From positions 1 to 11,007 of the forward strand of contig NW_021827189.1 of the NCBI RefSeq assembly GCF_006345805.1: a stretch of 11,007 bases of DNA, written 5' to 3'. The DNA is from Octopus sinensis. Taxonomy: Eukaryota. The notes beneath the pieces are model-generated. The model was not told the DNA's origin. It saw nothing but the letters and a program-made list of their open reading frames with translations, and made no database searches. This document shows positions 1 to 8,032 of the stretch, piece by piece. Each line of letters opens with the position of its first letter. Position 1 is the first letter of the stretch. The position numbers and the translations under genes were made by a program.

Positions 1-8
1 TTTATACC

Positions 9-314
9 TTTTTGCCAAATAAACACATGCAGTATATATTCGTTCTTCATTCGTTATTACTGTTCTTATTCTAATAAATGTCCATGTCCGGAAACTTTTC
101 ACACATCTGTGACCTCTTCAGCGCCACTTTTTGTTTTCGTGAGTGCTCTTGCTGGAATAAGCAGAGCAAGAGAACACACAAAGACGGAAAGTGTTGCCGA
201 GTAGGTCACAGATGTGTGAAGAAAGATTTCCGGACAATGGACATGAATTAGAATAAGAACAGTAATAATAGAGTGAAGAACGAATAAATAGTGCGTGTGT
301 TTATTTGGCAAAAA
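9..314. repeat. Long imperfect fold-back (inverted repeat) element, ~305 nt hairpin
   Basis: Arm 9-115 (TTTTTGCCAAATAAACAC...CACACATCTGTGACCT) is the reverse complement of arm 203-314 (AGGTCACAGATGTGTG...GTGTTTATTTGGCAAAAA) with scattered mismatches and indels. The inner part also pairs (CACTTT/AAAGTG, CTCTTGCT/AGCAAGAG), leaving a ~10-nt loop near 150-162. Confidence 0.9.
88..125 (-). ncRNA. Decayed hammerhead-like motif inside the fold-back arm
   Basis: The minus strand reads CTGAAGA-GGT-CAC-agat-GTG-T-GAAA-AGTTT. The CUGANGA and GAAA boxes are perfect and flank a 3-bp stem II, but I find no convincing stem I. The mirror copy (~197-232, +) has a more degraded core (CCGAGTA...GAAG). Confidence 0.3.
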
Positions 315-362
315 ACAAACAAACGGACCATCCCAAAATACAGCAATATATATATGTATATA

Positions 363-545
363 GCGAGAATTCACAAAGAAAGCAAAAGACGAAAACAGGT
401 GGTGTAGACAACAAACAAATGTATTAGTATATCGCTCGGGAATTGAAAAACTCTTTTACGTTTCGAGCCTACGCTCTTCTATAGAAAGGAACACAGAAAG
501 AAACAAGGAGAGAAAATAAAGAATGTGCAGTGGCTATCATACTTA
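363..545 (-). mobile_element. Probable Penelope-like (pLTR) or non-autonomous repeat fragment with a minimal hammerhead relic; 3' end abuts the short (TA)n at 347-362
   Basis: Contains the minimal HHR-like motif at 453-488, followed by a ~90-nt pyrimidine-rich tail ending at TATATACATATATATA. Minimal type I HHRs with a palindromic stem III are a known feature of Penelope-like element (PLE) pLTRs. Boundaries are approximate. Confidence 0.5.
453..488 (-). ncRNA. Minimal type I hammerhead ribozyme relic, probably inactive
   Basis: Minus strand: CTTT-[CTATAGA]-A-GAGC-gtag-GCTC-GAAAC-GTA-AAAG. Stem I is CUUU/AAAG, stem II is GAGC/GCUC, stem III is the palindrome ACGU, and the cleavage triplet is GUA. 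The core differs from CUGANGA at the conserved G5 and A6. Confidence 0.55.
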
Positions 546-1250
546 GTGATTGAAGTTACTTTTAATCATCATTGTTAAATCATTTGTTAAAGTTTAACTC
601 TGTGGCCCCCGACGGGAACTGGAGGCTCCTTTCTAACCACACTAAAAGCCCAGCCATCCAGAGTCTTCTTAAACTTACTACCTAGTGCTAAATGTGTAAC
701 TCTAATATCTTGCAACTTTATTCCATGGGAAGTGAATGGAAAATTCACAGACGACTTCATGTAGCCAAATGACAGAGCTTGGTGCTCACAAGTGCAGATT
801 GTCACTTCTTACATCAAAAGTAGATTCGTAGTTGACGCCTACGAAACTATCAATCAATCCATTTATTCATCCACTGCTAAAAATTACATGACTTAAGAAA
901 CAAAATGCCTTCTTGGTACGTTTGACTTATGTAGGTCGTAACCCCGTTTTGCGTTTTATATCGATGGGAAAGTATTTAAAGTTGTCAAAGTTTGTTGTGT
1001 GTTGCCAACGGAATTACATACCGTTGTTTGAGTAAGCAGGTAGAAGTAACGTGCTGCTATCTACGTGTCGACACCATATGTGATAAAACCAAAGCGAATC
1101 AAAACAGAATACTTAAAACTTGCTCATAAATATAAAAAGACGCTGAAAAGCGGTAAATACAGGTTAATATGTATTCAAATTTATGAAATTAGCCAGAATA
1201 GACTGATTCTTACACGTCTGTTACGTAATCGTTTTTCTTACTAAGCTGTT

Positions 1251-1306
1251 TCATGAGGTAGTAATTTGGTTCGTTATCTATCATGAGGTTATAATTTGGT
1301 TCGTTA
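1251..1306. repeat. Two-copy 30-bp tandem duplication
   Basis: TCATGAGGTAGTAATTTGGTTCGTTA (1251-1276) and TCATGAGGTTATAATTTGGTTCGTTA (1281-1306). Confidence 0.85.
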
Positions 1307-1869
1307 GTCGTGCTATACTTGTCTGTAGTTTAAGTCACTTATGTCTTATTTTCATATAACTGCCGCTCTATTTAATTTATAAATAGCTATCTCGCAAATG
1401 AAGTGTCTAAAAATGTTTGTTGATGCATTCCTTGGTTGTTCTATATATCACAGTTAATTTGTGTTGTGGTTTATCTGTACATAAGCTCTCACATTCTATT
1501 ATTCTGAGATCTGCTAACTATTTTTATCCATATGTCCTTTAGTTTCTTCTCATTCAATTGTTCTTGAAGGTCTCCTCGTTATTATCATATCACTGTCTGA
1601 TTTGTCAAGCTGGGAAGAGTTACGCAAGGATAACTTGTTTGTTAGGGAGTCTTTATTTATCCTGGTCAAATACGACACAATTCAGCAAAACAGGATATGA
1701 GCCCGTTATTGACAGTATGAAGAGAACAATGCACGAGTGAAATTACTCAATTGGAAGTTATATACAGATATCAAATTCCATCACATGTTAGAGACTAGCA
1801 GCTTCATATTTTAAATGCTTATACTCTACACTATGAAATGAGTAATTTATATCGTTTATGAAACAAAGA

Positions 1870-2077
1870 TGTACATATATATTCATACATACGTACATGC
1901 ATTACGTATATATATATATATATATATGCATACATACATACATGTGCACACACACATACACACATACATATACATATGTGTATTTGTGTGCATATATATT
2001 CATGCATGTGTATATATGTATGTATATGTATATATAAGAGTTATTTATATACACGTGTGTGTATGTATGCACGTATA
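1870..2077. repeat. Compound (TA)/(CA)/(TACA)/(TG) microsatellite
   Basis: Read directly from the sequence. Confidence 0.95.
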
Positions 2078-2403
2078 ACCACGAATATATTATGAATATC
2101 TTCCTATATATCTGTGATTGTATGTATGTGTATATCTAAACACACAGACACAGAGGCACTCACACATGTATATACATATAAGAGAACAAATAATAAAAAG
2201 TGAGAGAAGGCGAGAGAAAGAGAGAAATAAAGGGATGGAGAAAGGGAAGTCAGGTGAAAAATTGTATTACCAACAGAGAAGGTTAAAACTAAAGGAATAG
2301 CAGAAAATGGAATTTGAGAAATGAAATTGTATTTCAGGCAATATAGTCTCAAATAAATAAATAAATAAAAAACTAGTAAAAACATCAAAATTGCAAATTA
2401 AAA

Positions 2404-2445
<42 letters not shown>

Positions 2446-2603
2446 CACCACCGCTACTACTAGTGTTTCTGCTACTACTACCACCACCATCACCTCTACC
2501 ACCACCATCACTACCACCACTACCATCACCACCGCCACCACCACTATACCTACTACTACCACCACCACCACCACTACTACTACTACTACTAATGATGATA
2601 ACA

Positions 2604-2660
<57 letters not shown>

Positions 2661-2712
2661 GTAATCGCAACAATAACAACATCAATAACAATAATAATAG
2701 TAATAATGTAAT
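2404..2712. repeat. Compound trinucleotide microsatellite: (CTA/CCA)n then (AAT)n
   Basis: TACTACTAC/CACCACCAC from 2404 to 2590, then AATAATAAT from 2591 to 2712. It explains the poly-L/P/I/V 'ORFs'. Confidence 0.97.
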
Positions 2713-2865
2713 AAAATTTAACATTAACTGAAATTCTTTGAAAAACAAGGAACAGTCATTGAAAATGAACGCAATAGGAATGTTGTACGTTTATTAGTAT
2801 GTGTGGTTTTGTCTTGTTTTTATGCTTCTATTTTTTTTTTGTTTTTTCATTGCTTATTCTAGGAT

Positions 2866-2884
2866 GGGGGCCGGGCGGGGTGGG
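2866..2884 (+). other. Canonical G-quadruplex-forming motif containing a GC box
   Basis: GGGGG-CC-GGG-C-GGGG-T-GGG: four G-tracts of at least 3 nt with 1-2 nt loops, including GGGCGG. Confidence 0.7.
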
Positions 2885-3085
2885 ACGATGTATTCAACAT
2901 GTTACACACCAAGGAACTAGATTCTTCGTTTTGCTTTATTATTATTTTTTTGGTACTATTTATTTACCATTTTATTATTTGTGTGTGTGTGTGTATGCGT
3001 GTGTGTGTGTGTTGGTGTCTAAGACTGTAATTGAATCCAAGATCAATATTTAAAGTTAATAATGAAAAATTTGACAACTTCTATA

Positions 3086-3128
3086 ATATATATATACATA
3101 TATATATATATATATGCATGTGTGTATT

Positions 3129-3211
<83 letters not shown>

Positions 3212-3227
3212 CGCATATATATAATAC

Positions 3228-3263
<36 letters not shown>

Positions 3264-3320
3264 AATACGTATATATTATATATATATAATTATATATATG
3301 TATATATATATATATATTGT
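3086..3320. repeat. (TA)n-(GA)n-(TA)n microsatellite
   Basis: Read directly; (GA)n at ~3180-3208. Confidence 0.97.
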
Positions 3321-3521
3321 ATATATGCAGGTATGTCTGCAAGCGTACATATATTGGAAGAAATGTTGCTTGTAATGGTTGTTCATTTATTTTACTTAGC
3401 TTCATTTATAATATTTTTTCTTGTGTTCTTTTGTTATTTTCAATAAATTTTATTTACAATGTAAAAAGTAAAGTAAAAAGTAAAAAAAAAATAATAACCT
3501 CCCCCGTTCATATTCTTGTCC

Positions 3522-3692
<171 letters not shown>

Positions 3693-3775
3693 TTCCATGA
3701 AAATAAAATAGAAAATAATTGATGCTTGGTTTTTATTTGTTGCATATAAAAATGGCGGTTATGCATATTATCTCT

Positions 3776-3866
3776 GTATATATATACATATATATATACA
3801 TATGTGCGTGCGTATCTGTGTGTGGTAAATATGCATATATATGTATATATATGTATATATATATAA

Positions 3867-3928
<62 letters not shown>

Positions 3929-3945
3929 TATATATATATGTATGT
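3776..3945. repeat. (TA)n-rich microsatellite
   Basis: Read directly from the sequence. Confidence 0.95.
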
Positions 3946-4258
3946 ATTATGCCTATTTCAGTAATATAATTTTCAATACGTATATGCGCGAGAGTAAGTG
4001 TATATAGAAAAGGAATGCAACGGAAGCAAGAATTAGAAAAAAGCATCACCAAAATAGGTAGAGCAGTCATTGCTGTTTATATTTTCTCCTGGTTTCTATT
4101 TTTGGGACTGTATTTTGGTTTATTTTTTAGGGTGAATATTTAGGTTTTCTATTTTATGTTCTAAATACAAATTTTATTAAAATTTATAAATAAGCTTTAT
4201 TTTCAATAAGGCAGTATGCATGCTTACATGCATATTTACATACCATGCAAACACACGC

Positions 4259-4273
4259 ACATACACACACACA

Positions 4274-4311
<38 letters not shown>

Positions 4312-4480
4312 CATATATATATATATATAACATGTATATATAATATATATTATATATATATATATACATGTATGTATGAATATGGACATATATTTATACA
4401 TACATATATACTTATACATAGATATGCATCAATATCTATTCATATACAAGCATGTATATAATTACATATATTTCTGAGCA

Positions 4481-4514
<34 letters not shown>

Positions 4515-4528
4515 CATGTCTATATACT

Positions 4529-4586
<58 letters not shown>

Positions 4587-4600
4587 CGTTATACATATGC
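4259..4600. repeat. Compound (CA)/(TA)/(TATC) microsatellite
   Basis: Read directly; (TATC)n at ~4482-4514. Confidence 0.93.
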
Positions 4601-4885
4601 ATATACATACATACAGGTTTATGAATATATTCATAAATACACATATGCAAGCGTGTATTTAATTATATATATTTTTGAGCATATGCATAATTGTAGTGTG
4701 TGTGTGTCTATATATCTATGTGTGTGGTGTACATATCGCTTCAGGCATTCGTACCGCAAGACCTCCTCCGTTCGGGTATCTGGGAAATGCCGGAGTTCGT
4801 CATAGCCTCTTCAGCACGCCCTTGTATCACAACCTCTGACCAGTACGGCTCCTCCTGCCTTGATGCAGTTCAACTTAACAAAAAA

Positions 4886-4915
4886 TATATATATGTATAT
4901 ATATATATATATATC

Positions 4916-4980
<65 letters not shown>
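4886..4980. repeat. (TA)n microsatellite
   Basis: Read directly from the sequence. Confidence 0.95.
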
Positions 4981-4982
<2 letters not shown>

Positions 4983-5269
4983 ACGTCTCGGCTTGATAGC
5001 CCTTATCGTTTGGTTTTACTGTTATTCTCCTAGCCCTGTCTTTTACTGTTTTTATTTGTATTGTTTTTACTGTTTTGTTCTTGTTACCACTTTTATCCCC
5101 CCGCAAAAAAAAACCGATATATGCATGTGGGACCTCCACGCTAATTGGTCCATCGCAGTGCAGAACCTGTACATCAGGAAAGCGATCCTGCTATCTGAAA
5201 TACAATATGGAGCGTAAATGACGAAGTTAAACTCATATCAGGATCTTGATTAGTTTGATGTATGGAGCC

Positions 5270-5876
5270 ATGCAATCCGTGGCGTAGAGGAAGAAAGGGG
5301 ACATGCTGCACTGCACGCCTTTATCTTCCTGCTGCAGGCAATGTCATAGCAGCTCCAAAGACGCTTCTCTCGAAGGCTAAAAGCCTTTGTGGTAGACTGT
5401 ATTCACCTCTCTCTTGGTACCTGGACTGGAAGCCCAAAGAGGCATTCTGGTGTGGGTACGATTCCAGCTGTCTTACTCACCATCCAAGGTGTTTTGTTCA
5501 GAGAAGTGTGAATCCCTGTGGCGATTGAGTGAATGTGACAGTAGTAGGTGTAAGAAACTGGAAGCTGGTAGCAAGAGCTCCAGCACAGAAGAGGCTCGCT
5601 CCCGATGGTCGCAATCAGTGCTGAACCCTGTGAGACAGCAGGCTGAGGCGGTGGATCGAGTGTGCGGGCAGCCGTTGTCCGGGAGCACAACCTGAAGGGG
5701 AATTCCTGCCCCCACGAAAAGATGAGGTACAGAAAGCGTGCTCAGAGCAGCAGCTGGCTGATTCACGGCAGCCACCGTATCTTCAGTTCAGCTGTAGAAA
5801 TTTTAAGTAAATGAAGATAACTATAACAACGTGGAATGAACACACACTGCTTGACGGAGAGTCCATACCCGAGCGG
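5270..5876 (+). mobile_element. 5' end (putative 5' UTR plus ORF start) of an RTE-clade non-LTR retrotransposon, 3'-truncated by a microsatellite
   Basis: A GC-rich ~550-nt block leads directly into the endonuclease-like start at 5811. The 5' boundary is approximate, and assigning the block as UTR is inference from its position. Confidence 0.6.
5811..5876 (+). pseudogene. N-terminal fragment of an RTE LINE apurinic-type endonuclease
   Basis: ATG at 5811 gives MKITITTWNEHTLLDGESIPER, which matches the RTE/BovB-type start motif (L)TIATWNVRTLLD...RPER. Similarity stops just before the CA/TA repeat. Confidence 0.75.
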
Positions 5877-5894
5877 TTGCGGTACGGTGTAAGT

Positions 5895-5980
5895 GTATAT
5901 GCATACATGCAAATCTGCACATACATATACACATACACACACATACACATAATACATACATACATACACACACACACATA
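5895..5980. repeat. (CA)/(TACA) microsatellite
   Basis: Read directly from the sequence. Confidence 0.9.
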
Positions 5981-6126
5981 TTGATATTTCGTTTTTGGAT
6001 TGAAAAGGTTGCAGGACGCAAGGAAAATTTTAGAAAAATAAAAAAAGAATTAAGTGGAAATTTTTCTGGTGAGTATGTTAAATTATAAAGCACCAAAAGA
6101 GAATGACAATCCCCAGACACAACAGC

Positions 6127-6185
<59 letters not shown>

Positions 6186-6250
6186 TAGATAGATAGATAG
6201 ATAGATAAGAACACATATGTATATATATATATATATAATATATATATATA
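6127..6250. repeat. (GATA)n followed by (TA)n, the left flank of the ribozyme array
   Basis: (GATA)n at 6127-6207 and (TA)n at ~6221-6250. Confidence 0.97.
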
Positions 6251-6403
6251 CCAATTAAGGACTGAACACGAAAAGTGGACAGTCAACATGCTAGATATAG
6301 ACGTCAAATCGCCATTCACCACAAAAGATTATGTTCTCAGATCAAACTCAACACAAAACCATAGCAATAAACAAGTGAAAAATATGCGAAATAAAATAAT
6401 TAC

Positions 6404-6467
6404 CCATGTACTAATTAGTTTCAGCTGTTATTTTCCGCAAGGAAAACTGCAGCCATCATCAGCATGG
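6404..6467 (-). ncRNA. Type I hammerhead ribozyme, copy 1 (predicted cleavage between 6409 and 6408)
   Basis: Minus strand: CCATG-CTGATGA-T-GGCTG-cag-TTTTCC-ttgc-GGAAAA-taa-CAGCT-GAAA-CTAATTAG-TA/CATGG. P1 is CCAUG/CAUGG, CUGAUGA and GAAA are perfect, P2 is GGCUG/CAGCU plus a 6-bp distal helix, P3 is the palindrome ACUAAUUAGU, and the triplet is GUA. Confidence 0.92.
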
Positions 6468-6906
6468 TCCGTTATAAATGTAATTTGCTGGACTAGATGC
6501 AAACACGATACCGAAATATCGCGTGCATGGAGTTCAGCCTATTACATTTGAATATATCTTTCAAATGCCTTTACTTTGGCGCGTTGAAACCCGAGAAAAC
6601 TAGCCTGCAGCTAATAATTAGCAGCAGTTAATTTATCGGTTAGAGACGATTTATTTATATAAAATTAATTAAGGTAGAAATTGATATTTATCAATTAAGA
6701 CCAGTGGTCTAGCATATTAAAAAAGAATCCGAAGATTAAAATATTTATATATACCAATTAAGGACTGAACACGAAAAGTGGACAGTCAACATGCTAGATA
6801 TAGACGTCAATCGCCATTCATCACAAAAGAGATTATGTTCTCAGATCAAACTCAACACAAAACCATAGAATAAACAAGTGAAAAATATACGAAATAAAAT
6901 AATTAC

Positions 6907-6970
6907 CCATGTACTAATTAGTTTCAGCTGTTATTTTCCGCAAGGAAAACTGCAGCCATCATCAGCATGG
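6907..6970 (-). ncRNA. Type I hammerhead ribozyme, copy 2 (predicted cleavage between 6912 and 6911)
   Basis: Same sequence as copy 1, shifted by 503 nt. Confidence 0.92.
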
Positions 6971-7409
6971 TCCGTTATAAATGTAATTTGCTGGACTAGA
7001 TGCAAACACGATACCGAATATCGCGTGCATGGAGTTCAGCCTATTACATTTGAATATATCTTATGCCTTTACTTTACTTTGGCGCGTTGAAACCCGAGAA
7101 AACTAGCCTGCAGCTAATATTAGCAGCAGTTAATTCATCGGTTAGAGAACCATATTTATTTATATAAAATTAATTAAGGGTAGAAATGATATTTATCAAT
7201 TAAGACCAGTGGTCTAGCATATTAAAAAAGAATCCGAAGATTAAAATATTTATATACTACCAATTAAGGACTGAACACGAAAAGTGGACAGTCAACATGC
7301 TAGATATAGACGTCAAATCGCCATTCACCATAAAAGATTATGTTCTCAGATCAAATCAACACAAACCATAGCAATAAACAAGTGAAAAAATATACAATAA
7401 AATAATTAC

Positions 7410-7472
7410 CCATGTACTAATTAGTTTCAGCTGTATTTTCCGCAAGGAAAACTGCAGCCATCATCAGCATGG
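7410..7472 (-). ncRNA. Type I hammerhead ribozyme, copy 3 (predicted cleavage between 7415 and 7414)
   Basis: Same core and helices, with a 1-nt deletion only in the P2 internal loop (CTGTA versus CTGTTA on the + strand). Confidence 0.9.
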
Positions 7473-7695
7473 TCCGTTATAAATGTAATTTGCTGGACTA
7501 GATGCAAACACGATACCGAAATATCGCGTGCATGGAGTTCAGCCTATTACATTTGAATATATCTTTCAAATGCCTTTACTTTGGCGCGTTGAAAGGCATT
7601 TGAAAGATATATTCAAATGTAATAGGCTGAACTCCATGCACGCGATATTTCGGTATCGTGTTTGCATCTAGTCAGCAAATTACATTTATAACGGA

Positions 7696-7758
7696 CCATG
7701 CTGATGAGGCTGCAGTTTTCCTTGCGGAAAATAACAGCTGAAACTAATTAGTACATGG
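7696..7758 (+). ncRNA. Type I hammerhead ribozyme, inverted copy (predicted cleavage after 7753)
   Basis: CCATG-CTGATGA-GGCTG-cagTTTTCCttgcGGAAAAtaa-CAGCT-GAAA-CTAATTAG-TA/CATGG. This is a fully canonical core without the extra U seen after A9 in copies 1-3. Confidence 0.93.
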
Positions 7759-8032
7759 GTAATTATTTTATTTCGTATATTTTTCACTTGTTTATTGCTA
7801 TGGTTTTGTGTTGAGTTTGATCTGAGAACATAATCTTTTGTGGTGAATGGCGATTTGACGTCTATATCTAGCATGTTGACTGTCCACTTTTCGTGTTCAG
7901 TCCTTAATTGGTATATATAAATATTTTAATCTTCGGATTCTTTTTTAATATGCTAGACCACTGGTCTTAATTGATAAATATCAATTTCTACCCTTAATTA
8001 ATTATATATATATATATATATATATGTATGTA

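Larger units (their letters stand above)
6251..7594 (-). mobile_element. Tandem array of ~2.7 copies of a ~503-bp hammerhead-containing unit (retrozyme-like or Penelope pLTR-like)
   Basis: CCAATTAAGGACTGAACACG starts at 6251, 6754 and 7260. Copies are nearly identical, differing mainly by private 1-2 nt indels. The third copy stops at 7594. Each copy has one HHR on the minus strand. I recognise no protein ORF. Confidence 0.9.
7168..8003. repeat. ~410-bp-arm palindrome (snap-back inversion) with a 14-nt spacer
   Basis: Left arm 7168-7577, spacer ACTTTGGCGCGTTG at 7578-7591, right arm 7592-8003 (reverse complement, crossing the unit junction CCTTAATTGG at 7901-7910), then (TA)n at 8004-8025. 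Confidence 0.95.

Noticed and set aside
587-805. 72-aa minus-strand ORF (GTG start)
   Set aside because: No recognisable domain in any frame and no convincing splice context.
1254-1275. let-7-like sequence TGAGGTAGTAATTTGGTTCGTT
   Set aside because: It shares only the first ~10 nt with let-7, has no complementary star arm to form a pre-miRNA hairpin, and lies in a 30-bp duplication whose second copy lacks the seed.
1558-1740. 60-aa ORF or possible exon after TTCTTGAAG
   Set aside because: Two frames are partly open, but there is no recognisable protein and no donor site. It cannot be supported without RNA data.
4790-4820. Minus-strand CTGAAGAGGCTATGACGAAC as a hammerhead
   Set aside because: No stable P2, GAAC instead of GAAA, and no NUH/P1 arrangement.
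6015-6068. Possible 54-nt symmetric exon (CAG|GA...TCTG|GTGAGT; GRKENFRKIKKELSGNFS)
   Set aside because: The donor is strong, but the acceptor lacks an adjacent polypyrimidine tract and the peptide is unrecognised. It needs spliced-read evidence.
6251-7594. CRISPR array, coding repeat, or opposite-polarity (viroid-like ambisense) ribozyme in the unit
   Set aside because: The units are 503 bp with no unique spacers and the short ORFs are not conserved between copies. The only plus-strand near-match (CTGAACA...GAAA at 6262) lacks the helices.
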